DNA of 62,968 bases, counting the filler, from Neolecta irregularis DAH-3 (Eukaryota): the NCBI GenBank assembly GCA_001929475.1. It is 9 parts of 9 records of this genome, joined end to end, with 100 filler letters (N's around TTAATTAATTAA, not from the genome) between each part and the next. Parts side by side here need not be neighbours in the genome. Positions count along the whole stretch, not along the records: positions 8,281 to 15,234 come from LXFE01000592.1; positions 15,335 to 21,778 come from LXFE01004228.1; positions 21,879 to 32,938 come from LXFE01004230.1; 6 more parts are not named here. One strand, given 5' to 3'. The notes under the pieces are model-generated. The model made no database searches and was not told where the DNA came from. It was given only the letters and a program-made list of their open reading frames with translations. Position 1 is the first letter of the stretch; each line of letters begins with the position of its first letter. The position numbers and the translations under genes were made by a program. Shown here one piece after another: positions 9,587-22,417 of the stretch.

Positions 9587-11782
9587 ATGGAGACCAAGTC
9601 GGATACCAAGTTGCCTACAAACCAAGCCAGACCGCCTCTACCCGCCGACCTGCCTACCTCCCTAGATTCGCGGCCTCCCATAATCCTGCAGTCGACCTCA
9701 TTTCAGGACCCTTGGAGTGGGACTGTTGATTCTCTTCCGGCGTCAATGAATATGAATTTTTCACTGCCTACCCTCATGAACGGCTCTGGTTCAATACCCA
9801 ATATCGGAGTATCATCAATCATCCCCTCTGTCATAAAAACTCCGAGCATCTTGGTCAGAGATGAAGAAGATATCATCCAAGATCCCGAGATCGACGAAGT
9901 TTCCAAGCGGGAGGAACTACAGAGGCTATTCCAGAGATCTGCAAGTAACGGGGATATGGACCGCGTTCGTTCAATGTTGAAGGACCGGATAAAGAAATAC
10001 ATCGATATAGACGCTCAAGATGAAGAAGGGACAACTGCACTCATTAATGCCTCATGTTTCGGACATCAAGAAGTTGTTGCAGAGCTTATTGATGCAGGAG
10101 TACACATTGACAAACAGGATAAACGTATTCCGTCCATTTTATTATTCACTGACTTTAGATCAATGGAGTGCTTTGATGTGGGCTACGAATAATAACCATT
10201 CATCTATTGTTCGATTATTACTACATCATGGTGCATCCCCCAATACCAAGACGGCGACAGGAAGGACGGCCCGAGATTTTGTGTCTCCAGGGAGCGAAAT
10301 TGAAGATCTTGTATTTAATTTTTGCTCTAATGGACTTGGAGAGTGTGGTATAGATGACTGGTATGATCGTGGTCTGCCGTATCAACAGCTGGAGCAACAA
10401 ATGTTGGAAAGTGAAGCAAAAAAGCGAATGATGATGGAAAGCTCGTTGAATTTGGAAGTCGATTTGGCTAGTTTAGGGTTAGATGATGGAATAGAGGTAC
10501 TTTCCTATTCAATCGTGTTTTGATTTAGCAGGCGCAATTTGAAGACGACAACGAGGAGCCTGGTTTTGTATGGGATCGGTGCCTACCAGATCAAATGTTT
10601 GTCTTTTTGGAATCCGACATTCCCCGAATTCTCGACACAGTAATAACGAAAATGCAACCGCTTCGGTCTCCTGCGCAAAAACCTATACCTGCCAATGTCT
10701 TGTTCTTGTGTTCTCGCTTCGCCCATTATTTCTCCGATCCGAGTCTGCTTACGCGCCTTTTAAACGAAACGTTGTCACGCATCGACACTGTTGTTGACGC
10801 AAAGCTGGAAGATATGACGATCCAAGCCTTTTGGATTTCGAATTGCACGTTGTTGATATATTATCTCAAAAAGGACCCGGGCCTCCTCTCAGCAACTTCC
10901 TCCTTTCAAGCCAAACTTGCTGAAGAAATCAATGAAATTTTTGTAATTTTAATCCGCGATGTCGAGAGAAGATTAGATAAAGTTCTCTCTCGGGCGATGC
11001 TCGAGCATGAAACTATACCTGGATTCGAAGATATTCAGTATCAACATGAATGGAGAATCTTTCGCTCACGGCATAAATCGCATAAATCAACGAGCAGGGA
11101 TACCAGTCCTCGCCAAAGAACAGCTCCTAGTCCACGGAATATAACCTCATTACTTTCATCTACACTTTTTGTTCTAGAAGCTTACGATATCCATCCCGTT
11201 ATAATCTCTCAGTGTCTCGCGCAAATATTTTATTGGCTTGGTTGCGAACTGTTCAACCGGGTTTTATCGAGCAAGAAATTTCTAAGTCGATCACGGGCCA
11301 TGCAAATCCGATTAAACATTTCAGTGTTGGAGGACTGGGCGTGTGGACTGGACAAGTACTCTGGAGCGGAAACTGCCAAAAAGTTTATGAGTCCGATAAT
11401 CCAGCTGTTGCAATGGCTTCAATGTCTCTCCTCAACGTCTTCTGAACTCGAACAATTGACTACAACGCAGAAACAACTCCCGTTATTAATGCCGCAGCAA
11501 CTGCTTCGTGCAGCCCGAGATTATCGCTACGAAGTAGGTGAACCCACGTTTCCTGTCGAATTTCGTAAATACCTGGAGCAGTTATCGAAAGCATTGACCG
11601 TCGAAGATGAGGAAGCTGAGATGTTGGAAACAACGTTGATGTTACCTTTTGCATTACCTAGTTCGACCGAGATGATTGTCAACTATGGAGCCGGCATTGG
11701 TGGAACAGATCGGGAACGTGAAAAGCGGTATACGCCGTCTCTACCTCCCGAGTTTCTTGAAAAGTTTGATAATACTAACTGA
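9587..11782 (+). CDS. Ankyrin-repeat and Dilute (DIL) domain protein
   Basis: Ankyrin motifs (GTTALINASCFGH, WSALMWATNNNH) and DIL region (QIFYWLGCELFNRVL..SRSRAMQIRLNISVLEDW); two short GT-AG introns near 10126 and 10497. Confidence 0.9.
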
Positions 11783-12373
11783 TTTTGGAGCCGGTTGAAT
11801 TGGAATTTTGTTTATCATCGGGTGGGAATGAAAGTGGGTGCACGTTTTGATTTATGATAGATATTTATATGACTTGACTTTTCGTGCATAACCAAGTATT
11901 CCATCCATCATATACCTCCGCTTTGTATAACATTCGCAATGTCTCTGTTAACAGATAGGTCGACAAGTGGGAATATCCGAGTAACAGTAAGATAGTGTAG
12001 ATTATGCTACTTTCCTAGATTCCGTCTGATTGCTGAGTATTTATCCGATCTGAGGGATATTCGGTTGAATATTGGCATACAGCACAAGAGTCTGGATCAT
12101 TGCTGCAAAATCACAAAAAGGTATTTGCAGCCTGTAGACCGTGGTCTGGCTCACGATGATGGAAAGTTTGTTGAATTTGGCTAGTTTAGGGGTACTTTTC
12201 TGGTTTAATTTGTCATAATGACAGCATGACTTGATTTGTGTATAGAATAAACGATAGAACAATCAAAACCGTGCACTAATTCGTCTATGAAGTTATTGGA
12301 GTCTAGAGTGTAGTCTTTTTGGTGTTTTGTTGGTGATATTCGGTAACCACCCACGAGAATTTAAGACGTTGAC

Positions 12374-14380
12374 ATGGATCGGGTTTCCAGCTCGAGAAAG
12401 CAAAAGAGGCTACAGACACAAAAGCCATATCATAGACCAGAAACTCCCAAGCGGAAGAATATTACGCCACCTACTGTACTTTTGAAAGAAGAGTTTGTAT
12501 GTGTTAATTTGATTTAGACTCCTGGAGGGATATTTCGGTCTGTTAAAAAGCTTTTCAGTCCTTCGTCATGGCTTGGGACACCTAAAAAACAGCCAGAGGA
12601 AGAGGACGATGATGATGAGATGGATGAACGAGATGAGATGTATGAACGGGATGAGATGTATGAGGATCCAGAACCGCAACCTGTTTATCCCCAAATTCCA
12701 GAAACGCCTGCTGTCGCATTATTAACCGAGTCTATATCTGCTGAATCAAGCCCGAACCAGATATTAGCATCTTTCTTTGAAAAGAGGGGAAATTCTGCGT
12801 TGAGTCCGATTGAAATTGAAGGGGTGATGAGTTTGATGCAAAAAGCTAGTAATTTCGATATAAAGCGTATTGTATTAACGAAAGCCTCGTCGACGCCTGT
12901 TACGCCTACGTTTACTACGCATGCAAAACCTCGATCGATGCCGCAGTACCAGCAATCTATATTTACCCCGGTTAGACCGCCGTCATCTCAACCGAGCATA
13001 TTCACAAACTCTGTGCCTGTATCGCGGCAGAGTACTCCTGGCAGTGTGACCACGAGTGCACGAAGGCCAAATTTCTATAATGCTGGCGGAAGTACGAGTT
13101 CTCCTTTTCGACGTCGCCGGATAGGTTCTACAACGCCTCGCTCTTGCAGTATTTCTTTGAGTCCGGAAGAAACTAGAAGCAGAGATGTAAAGGTGAGAAA
13201 CGGAGATGTAAAGGTGAGAAGTGGAGATGTAAAGGTGAGAAGCGGGGATGTAAAAGTGAGAATCAGAGATTCACCTGGAGAGAGTGTACCCGGGAAAAAG
13301 ATAAAGAGTAAAACTGCTGCGAGTATTTTGAGTATTCTTGACGGGGAGGATGTTGGAGCAAGTGACGAGAAAGCCAAAGACGTATGAAATGTTTGTTTCT
13401 TTTCTAACTACTAGATGGATCAATTATCGCAATATCTAAATCCATATGCGATAGGTGGATTTTCACCCAAGAAATCTCAGTCATTTACTCCAGTCAAGCC
13501 GAAAGCGCCGAAGAGTCCTGTTCTGAAAACTGCTGTTGAAGAAATTACCAAGAGTGCAAGTTCGCCTGTGAAGACGAAAAGTACAGCGTCTTTGCTTCCT
13601 AAGAAATCGACGTCCAATATACAAAGTTTTGGACCTGCCAGTTTTAGGAAGAATGGGTTCAAGCCGATTGTATCGAGCCGTCTTCGGAATGTTGAAGTTT
13701 TGCGTGATGAGGATGATGAGGGTCAAAAGGAGATGCATTCTGAGACGCTGCGGGTGTCTAAAGAGGAAAAGTCTGCAATTGAGAATCCTTCATTTGGATG
13801 TGGGACAGTGCCGGAGGATGTGCCGAAGGGAGTACTGGAAAAGTCTACTATGCCGGAAAAGTCGTACGGATTGATGCCATTGACGGCAGGATCACTTGAT
13901 GAACCCAAGCTGTATCCGGACATTTCTGGTTTCAGTTCACGGGTGATTCCTGAGAAGGATAAGAATTTTGCGGGCAAAGCCGATGTTTTGTCAAACATTG
14001 ATTTTACGCAGAGTCCTGAGAAGAAGGGGGGGTTTGTGTTCAAGGAACATATGAATGGGGTGAAGGATATCAATGGGGTGAAGGATATCAATGGGGTCAA
14101 GGATATCAATGGGGATGAGAGTAGGAAGACGGATGGGGCTGAGAGTGGGAAGACGGGCGGGGTTGTAACAGGGCAAGAGGACGGATTGCGGGAGCGGATT
14201 CTACAGGTAACTTTTCTTCAATATGTGAGCTAACGGCAGGTGCCCGAGTCTAGTCTTTGCCAGTACTTGTTTACGGTTGAGAGCGGGGGCGCAGGGGCGG
14301 GGCGACAGGCGTTGGAGGGCGCGCTGCCGGTGTTTGTGTTTAGCGTGCCTGGGCAGGCGGCCGCGAACGGCAGGAGATAG
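12374..14380 (+). CDS. NUP60: Nuclear basket nucleoporin Nup60-like
   Basis: N-terminal KPYHRP and amphipathic GIFRSVKKLF; helical region LASFFEKRGNSALSPIEIEGVMSLMQK; SKTAASILSILD; C-terminal FVF; 3-4 short introns. Confidence 0.75.
13183..13262 (+). repeat. Coding 21-bp minisatellite x4 (DVKVRSG)
   Basis: GATGTAAAGGTGAGAAGYGGA-like units; further 18-bp arrays near 12615-12665 and 14053-14113. Confidence 0.9.
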
Positions 14381-14429
14381 GGATACATGCAGTCTAGCGC
14401 CACCGACGACACCTACCCGATACCGTACC

Positions 14430-14625
14430 CTCCACTACCCGACTAATTACCGCGCCTCCCAACTATTACCGCACCTCCCAACTATCCACACATCCCAACC
14501 CCCAACTATCCACACCATCCCATCTATCCACACATCCCATCTATCCACACATCCTAACTCCCAACTATCCACACCATCCCAATCCACACCATCCCATCTA
14601 TCCCCACCATCCAACTACACCTAAC
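14430..14625. repeat. C/A-rich degenerate tandem tract
   Basis: Repeated CAACTATCCACACCATCC-like units with almost no G. Confidence 0.8.
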
Positions 14626-14637
14626 CACCACTCCCCA

Positions 14638-15234
14638 ATGCTACCACCGCTCGCATCCTGGGAGCACACGCTGCTCGCGCCCCTGCGCAGTGCCGGGCTG
14701 GTAGAGCTGCCGGCGCACCTGCACACGGTGCTGCTGGCGGCCGCGGGGTACCACGTGCTGTTCCTGCTGTCGCCGCCTGTGTCTGCGTGGGCGGTGCCGC
14801 GGGCGTACGCCGCGCTGAAGCCGCGGACGCGGCTGAACTGGGACATCCACGTCGTGAGCACGGTGCAGAGCGTGGTGGTGCTGGCGCGGCTGCTGCCGCT
14901 GCTGCTGCACAGCCCGCTGGGCGACTCGCCGGCCCAGCGGATCCTTGGCTACGCGCCGGCGCTGGGCGAGCTGCACGCGCTGGCGGTGGGCTACTTTGTG
15001 TGGGACGCGGTGGTCAGCGTCAAGTACGTGGCGCTGTTCGGGCCGGGCTTTGCGGTGCACGGCCTGGCGTCGCTGCTGCAGTTTGTGCTGTCGTTTGTGA
15101 GTGCGCGCGGGGTGCGGGCTGACCGCAGCGGCCGTTTCTGATGGGCTACGGCCCGGCAGTGCTGCTGTTCGAAGCCTCGACGCCGCTGCTCAACATCCAC
15201 TGGTTCCTCGACAAGACCGGCCGCACCGGCAGCC
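14638..15234 (+). CDS. TLC-domain membrane protein (TMEM56/Tda4-like), 3' partial
   Basis: RLNWDIHVVSTVQS, AVGYFVWD, GFAVHG, intron, RPFLMGYG..LLFEASTPLLNIHWFLDK. Confidence 0.9.
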
Positions 15235-15520
15235 NNNNNNNNNNNNNNNNNNNNNNNNNNNNNNNNNNNNNNNNNNNNTTAATTAATTAANNNNNNNNNN
15301 NNNNNNNNNNNNNNNNNNNNNNNNNNNNNNNNNNAAACTCTAAACCACAGGAAACCGCTTTGACACTTGTGCGACCTTTGGTTATTGAATAGACGAGTTG
15401 GCAGTTCTCGTGCTGGATCGACAAACATCTTGATAACAAAGAGGATTACTTGAAATCCTTAAATTTCGCCTAGGTCGCGTGTCTCTGATTAAATCCTGGT
15501 CCAGGCCGCGTGTCAAATGT

Positions 15521-17263
15521 TCAATTAATATACAATTCCGTGACCTGTCCTGAGACCTTGATTGGTCCAGCTGAAATTACTAAAACATTTTCTCCAAGGG
15601 AAATCCATTCAGAGGAATTCACCATATCAAACCGCACGCGAGCTTTTTGTCCACTATGCAATTTTTCAAGTTTCACTATTGTCTCGGGAGAAATTGAGAC
15701 AACCTTGACGACTGCACGGACACTGCCACAGTGTGCTACTGCTTGACATCCACGGACGAGAATCCCTGATAAGCATAGGGCGTCCACCATGAATCCAGTA
15801 TGTGGAATAGGTGGTGGTTCCCCAGACTGCAATAGCACCATGCCTTTTTTCGGCTTGATGGCAACTGAAGATGATATCGACATTGCGCCAGCTTGACCAG
15901 CGATTAGGCATTTTGTTGGAATTCTTTGTCGATGTATACTGTTGATTGTAACTTTATAAAATTTGTCAGAGATAGGGCCGATCCACATGGTATCATCCAC
16001 ATTGATACGACCGGCTTTGTTCATTCCACCAACGACAAGGCCGGTGCCCGCAAGGTCATAAACATCTTCAATTTGAAATACGCTCCCTGAATCTGTCGCA
16101 CTCTGAGATATCGGAGGTTTTTGAAGTAAATTTAAAAACGAATGGAGCAGCGAGATGCCCATTTTTGTGACGCTAGACGTGAAAAATATTGGCGTGATCG
16201 TTTCCTTTGAAAATTTCTGACTAGCGGCGACGACAGTTTCTTGGTCCTGGACGATAAATGGAACTCGACTGGGACTAGACTCTTTTAGAATTGTATATAG
16301 CCTTTTCAACGTGTGTCGTAGTCGGACTTTAGTGGCAATATCCAGTTTTGTCACCAAAAGGAACAATGGCACGCCCAAGGCATGGCAAATTGACAAATGG
16401 TCTTGAGTAACATGCGAGATTTCGTTTGTGTTAGCAGGAACCATGGCACAGGCATAGTCTGGACTGTGACCTGTCAATCCCCGAATCGTATGTTTAGTGT
16501 AATGGGGTAATCCGCAGCAATCGATAAAGGTTATCACTTTACTCGAAGCAGTGACTATTTCCTCCCATGAAGCAAAATTGCCGCTATAGTTCAATGCTCG
16601 ACCGGCGGAATCGTATCCAAGGACTTCAATAGCTATATGAGATGTGTGACCGCTTTCTATCTCATGTCTATGCCGAAACAGGTTTAATCGAGCCTTGCCG
16701 CGACCGTTATCCGGTTCTAAGTGGTGAATACAAATGAACAAGACGCAACGATCGCACCTCCCTGGGTCATCACGCCCAAAAGAGTCGATTTTCCAGCTTC
16801 ATGATCGCCCACAGTTGCAATCCTGACTTCAACAAACGAGTTTTGGTTGGCCCATCGTTTCCTCACCAGGGTTTCGATGATCTTGCGTCCGTTTCCACAA
16901 TAGATTTCCCGAATAATGCTGACTTCTGCATCAAGTTCTTCTGCCATAGCACGAAGATTCATAAGCGAACTTTCGAGTTCGTCATGAGACAATCCGAGCA
17001 AACTTCCATCGTCTCGTACACCGAGTTCATAAATCGCTTCTCCATGTCCGGCACTTTCAGCCAGTCTCCATTTCATCTCTATCGTATCAACAACGCTCTT
17101 TGGAATACTCACGCGTGACAAGATGATTGAATCGGTCAGAAGAAGAAGGATCTAGCCGTGTCTTGTACTCGATATTCCCTGATTCAACTTCCGCAGAGAG
17201 GACAGAGGAAGTTTGGAATGGAGGACAAGTCTTTTGATTCCCATCCTTGAATATTGGATTCAT
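15521..17263 (-). CDS. GTPBP1/GTPBP2-family translational GTPase
   Basis: EVESGNIEYK, QMKWRL, GDHEAGKSTLLGV, ARLNLFRHRHEIESGHTS, TFIDCCG, TKLD; two short introns. Start codon inferred. Confidence 0.9.
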
Positions 17264-17456
17264 TGTCTTGCATGTTGTTGATACTCCACTTTGGAGAACA
17301 TCTGATCCGTTATCTTTCCAAAGTATATATTCTTCTTTAATAGACATATCCAGTAGAATAGCGACTTTGAATTGAACATTTGTGTTTCTAGTGTTTTGTC
17401 TGAAAATCAAAATTGCGACTTTGATTGTACCATCCATTTATATTTTCTCCACTAAA

Positions 17457-18967
17457 ATGGAAGTCGGAGCCCTCGTTATCGAACAAGGATCAACGTGGAC
17501 TCGCGCAGGGTACGCCGGTGAAGATTGTCCCAAGGCAATAATACCGACGACCTATGGAGAAATGCCCGACGGCAGAAAAGTATTTGGAGATTTACAAGTG
17601 AATTGTCCTCGAGCTGGAATGGAACTCAAGAACCCAATGCAAGATGGGCTTGGTATGTGTGCTGAAAGATTCTTTACTAAACTGGTCTAGTTTTCGATTG
17701 GAATGCCACAAAAGGGCTATTGACCTCGATATTCCGAGACCATCTGCGAATTAATCCCGCAGAGCACCCATTAATTCTCACAGAACCTTCTTGGAACACT
17801 TGCAAAAACAGGGAAACAGCAATGCAGTTGGCGTTTGAAGTATTTAATGTGCCCGCATTTTTTATTGCAAAGAGTGCTGTGTGTTCAGCGTATGCCTACA
17901 TTCTGTAGCGTACTCATGTTAGTTTTGCAAATGGAAGGCCTAGCGCATTGATCGTCGAACTTGGATCTGCAGTAGCCAGTGTTACCCCGGTCTGGGAAGG
18001 TCATGCGCTAAAGAAAGGTGATTTATTTTACAACGCATTCTCATTACAGGTGCCCTTCACCAGGCTTTGGCAGGCGACCATATCTCGAACCAGCTCAGAT
18101 CATATTTCAGCCGCCAGGGAATTCCGATTACTCCTCATTACTTGATCGCGTCGAAAACACAAGTAGAACCCGGTCATCCACCGCAGTGCCAGAAAAAGCA
18201 ATTCGAGGGGATCACGCCGTCGTTTCACCGGTATCAGGAAGATCGAGTGTTGCATGAATTCAAGGAGAGCGTATGTCAAGTTTTAGAAGGAGAATATAGC
18301 GAGCCGTACATATTTTGCTTCACAGTTACTAACGGAATAGAGCGGCGGCGTCAAGGCCGGGGCAGCCATTTGAATTTCCTGATGGATTCAACAGAAATTT
18401 TACTGTTGAAAAGTATCGCGCGCCAGAAGTATTATTCAAACCGTCATTATCGACTCCCNNNNNNNNNNCGCGGCGTCAAGGCCGGGGCAGCCATTTGAAT
18501 TTCCTGATGGATTCAATAGAAATTTTACTGTTGAAAAGTATCGCGCGCCAGAAGTATTATTCAAACCGTCATTATCGACTCCCGTAACATGTGTAATCTC
18601 GTTATTCTGACTTTAGGATGCTCCGGCTTCTCCAGATGCGGTTGGACTTGCTCAACTTGTATTCAACAGCGTCTCGGCATGCGATGTGGATATTCGCACT
18701 CATCTACTTTCTCACATCATCGTTACAGGTGGAACCTCGCTGAATATGGGATTGATGGATCGTATTCACATTGAGCTTTCGCGTCTTGCACCTGGTGCCA
18801 AAGTCCGTGCATTTGCATCTGGACAGTCTGTTGAGCGGAAAAACTCTGCGTGGATTGGAGGTTCGATATTGGGTAGTTTGAGTGGATTTCATTCCATGTG
18901 GATTAGTCGAGCGGAATATGATGAGGCGATTGACAAGGCTGCTTTGATATCCAAGAGATGTAAATGA
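17457..18967 (+). CDS. ARP4: Actin-related protein 4
   Basis: RAGYAGEDCPK, EHPLILTEPSWN, LHEFKESVCQV, IIVTGGTSL, ERKNSAWIGGSILGSLSGFHSMWISRAEYDE; five introns; assembly overlap at 18459. Confidence 0.9.
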
Positions 18968-19106
18968 GGAGAAAGCAATGGAGGAGAATTGTGACAAATG
19001 AAGATGATGACAAGGGGAATTGATAGGCGATTGGATATCCTCGAGTACCAACATGTACAGTTATTAAATATTTCTACAATACATAGAGCGTAGTATCCCT
19101 GGCTAA

Positions 19107-19787
19107 TTAAGCCGTTAGAAATTCGTGGATGAGCCATAATCCGGGCCGGTAATGTGTCATATATTGTCTGTATTCAGACTCTGAAAGTTTTCCTGCGCAG
19201 TACTCGGCGAGAAGGTTTCGAGCAGTCAAAGTCATTGCATTTGGCACCATTGCCACTTTTAGTTCTAGCAACTGAACGGCACGATCTATTAGATATTCAC
19301 GGTTTTGCAGGTCTGAAAGGCTGGGAAAGGGAATATGAGTGAGTTGAGCAGCGTCTTTTGCTTCTCTGTCGGCATCGAGGATTCCGGGTTCGTCGACTAC
19401 CATGTGTCTTGCGTCTATCGACAATGTGGGAAGCGACAGGTACCAGATGATTGGCTGTGTCATATCTCCGCGGCTTGTTTTGATGATCAACCCGAATTCG
19501 CGGTGCAGGATCTGCGAGTACTGGTAGTGAACTTGCAAGTCGTCTTCTTCTACGGCTTTCAGTTTTCCCTTTTCGACGTATCTGCGATTAACGCGGAATA
19601 TCCACTGTAGAATGAGGGCAAAAAGATCCTGGGGCATTTCCGAGAAGGGATTGGATTTTCTTCGGCGCAGGATCTGGAGAGTTGCGATAGTCAATTTTGA
19701 GTGTTTGTATGTCTGAAGCGCTGTTTTTGTGGCTGAAATCTGAATGGGCAAACCAAATATCAGCTGTGCGTTGGAGGACAAGGCCAT
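19107..19787 (-). CDS. Hypothetical protein with a weak F-box-like motif
   Basis: Single-exon ORF from MALSSNAQ; FSEMPQDLFALILQWI resembles an F-box start. Confidence 0.6.
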   Translation of the reverse strand: MALSSNAQLIFGLPIQISATKTALQTYKHSKLTIATLQILRRRKSNPFSEMPQDLFALILQWIFRVNRRYVEKGKLKAVEEDDLQVHYQYSQILHREFGLIIKTSRGDMTQPIIWYLSLPTLSIDARHMVVDEPGILDADREAKDAAQLTHIPFPSLSDLQNREYLIDRAVQLLELKVAMVPNAMTLTARNLLAEYCAGKLSESEYRQYMTHYRPGLWLIHEFLTA

Positions 19788-20095
19788 GTTTATATTTTGT
19801 GTTTGTGCGGAAGATTTGCAGGAATAAATTGGCGTTTGGATTGCAATGGCATATTTTGGGTCGGCTACGTCAGAGCTGGATTGAAGTGAAGTGAATGAAA
19901 ATATGAATGATAACAGAATATATGAATGATAATATATGAATGATAACAGAATATATAGCGGATATGCTGAAATCCATACTGCTCGATACCTGCGTCGAAA
20001 TGAATCAGAGTACTGACATTCGTAATGACGTAATGAGGCGTTGTGCATTCCCATCCGCATAAAAGACGCGCTGCGTGCGATCTTGCAGAACCCCT

Positions 20096-21050
20096 ATGAA
20101 TCGAGCAGTCAGTCTCCGGTCGTCCAAGGGAAGAGAGCCTTCTGCTGTGGCCTCGGACAAGTCTAGAAGCCGTAGGTCGGCATTGGTTCAGTGTTGATTT
20201 GCAGGGTTCAAGCTGCACTCGCTGCGGTCAGGCCTCCAAGCGGAGCTGTCGAAGAAGCTGTACCGGTACGTGATAGTCGGGCGGCAACTGACGCGAGACT
20301 TATCAAGACTGAGAACAATGTGATTAGCGCATATGAAACCGCAGTCAAAGAGCGGCACAGTGTTGCAGCGCAGGTAGGTGTATTTCATTGTTGTTCTAAG
20401 CGTCAGCTCTCTGACTGGGGCGAAGCGACTGGGGACGATATGGTGTCTGGTGTGTAAGCGGGAGAATTTTGCTGACCGCAGACATTTCCGACAAGCTGGG
20501 GGTGATTATTGCTGAATTTGCCGAGATTGAGGACTGGTTTGCGTCGCAGCTGGAGGATTCGCGATCAGTGTTGAAGCATATCCGAAACATTGAGCAGGGG
20601 GTGCAGCCGTGCCGGGACCAAAAGGCCAAGGTGATTGACCGGATTGCGCATTTGCGACACTCCAAGCCGGAAGCTCCGGAGATTGTTCGCTTGGAGCAGG
20701 AGCTTGTGCGAGTGGAAGCGCAGAATCTTGTTGCGGAGGCGCAGCTGACGAATATCACACGCAGCAAGCTCAAGGAGAGCTACCAGCTGCACTTTGCAGC
20801 GGTGCAAGAGCGGGCGGAAAAGAGCATTATTCTTGCGAAATACGGGTGCAAGCTGCTGGACCTGCTGGACGATGCGCAGATTGGGCCTGGCGAGATGAGT
20901 CAGGGGTACGAGGGGGAGGGGGCGGCGCGGCAGACGCTGGTAGAGTGCGAGAACGAGCTTGCGCGGTGGAAGCCCGAGTCTGAGCAGATGTCTGACGAGG
21001 GCAGTCTCGCGGCGTCTGAGGGGGAAGCCAAGCAGAGCCAGCCAGCGTAG
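20096..21050 (+). CDS. Pil1/Lsp1-family BAR-domain protein (Meu14-like)
   Basis: Spliced MNRAVSLR...ELSKKLYRLIKTEN...QLSDWGEATGDD..SDISDKLGV...LEQELVRVEAQNLVAEAQLTNITR; four introns. Confidence 0.9.
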
Positions 21051-21089
21051 ATAGGGAGATTCTCTCCAGCTTGACTATTTACAACAAAT

Positions 21090-21778
21090 CTATTCTCTAT
21101 CGCCGAAGCGGCGCTTGCTCAGCTCGTATGTGGAGAGCATGATTGCGCAGGAGGGGGCGACTTTGGCGGTGCGGGCGACACAGCCGGTCCACAGTTTGCG
21201 GCAGCCGTGCCGCCTGAGGATGTCTGCGAGGATGTGCAGCGTGCTCCCGCTGCCGGCGTGGACCTGGCGCTGGGTCTTGACCAGGTCGAAGGGGTGCGTG
21301 AGGAAGGAGGCGACGCTGCCGCTGCAGAAGCCTGCGGCCAGCGAGTCGGCAAAGACGGAGCAGTCGGAGGCGCAGTCAGAGGCGCAGTCAGAGGCGCAGT
21401 CGGACACGGAGCGGGAAAGCGCGGCGCGGATGGCCTCGACGCCGATCCAGTACAGGCCGCTGAACGGCACGTCGCGCCACAGCGTGGGCGTCAGGCCGCG
21501 GTACAGGAAGCGCAGCCCGCGCCGGCGGACGTGGAGCGCGAGGTCGGCCGCAACGTGCCGAAAGTGCGACGGCGTGGCGTGCTGCTGAAGCGACGGCGTG
21601 GCGTGCTGCTGAAGCGACGGCCGAAGCGACGGCGCGGCGTACTGCTGCAGCTCCGGCGCTCCCTGCAGGCGCGTGCGGAACAGCTCCAGCGGCGCAATCA
21701 GCGTCACCGCCAGGATGCGCGCCGCACTGCCGCACAGCAGCGGCGCCAGCACCGGCGACTGCGGCGGCGCGTGCCGCC
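21090..21778 (-). CDS. MTM1: Mitochondrial carrier Mtm1/SLC25A39-40-like, 5' partial
   Basis: APLELFRTRLQ, PTLWRDVPFSGLYW, HPFDLVKTQRQ, KVAPSCAIMLSTYE. Confidence 0.85.
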
Positions 21779-22417
21779 NNNNNNNNNNNNNNNNNNNNNN
21801 NNNNNNNNNNNNNNNNNNNNNNTTAATTAATTAANNNNNNNNNNNNNNNNNNNNNNNNNNNNNNNNNNNNNNNNNNNNAGTTCCTGGATGATGGCTCCTT
21901 ACCTTTTGGTATAGGACTCATCATCCATAGACTCTTCACCCGGTGGTACTAAGCTAAGCTCCCTTGTTGGTAGTAGCATAGCATAAGGACAGAGAACCAT
22001 CCTTACACAATATACCCCCTTTAATACCTCTCTAATCTCTACAAACTCTCTCTCCTAATCTCAGCCTCAAGGAAACTAAACCATGCTCCCTCCTCAGGTA
22101 AATCAAATCTCCAAGTGAGAAGAAGAGTCAAAGTCCCCGCGAACCTACCCGAAATTGCAGCCTGCATGTTTCAAGCAATACCTGACAAATTTAGCCTTCT
22201 TGCGTAAATAGATCTTAATTGTAAACCCTGTACTTGTAGATCATGTTAGTGTAATGCCCAAAGTCTCACAGTAGCCAGTCAGAGGACAACAAACCAGTAA
22301 AAATATTTGTCTCCTATGGATTATTATATGCGTTGCTGGTGACGAAAGTTGCCTCAGAATCACTAACCACCAACTTGTCCTTTTTATCTTTCCTGTTTCA
22401 TCCATCCTTCCTCCACC

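Noticed and set aside
14641-15122. Long antisense/alternate-frame ORFs in GC-rich zones (also 21115-21830, 56929-57981)
   Set aside because: Expected from stop-codon scarcity; they shadow recognisable genes.
18344-18583. Exon duplication in ARP4
   Set aside because: Near-identical copies flank a 10-N gap, typical of an unmerged contig overlap.
21879-22007. LTR end (ATCCTTACA as at 9099-9107)
   Set aside because: Only a 9-bp match, other end lost in the gap, no PBS recognised.
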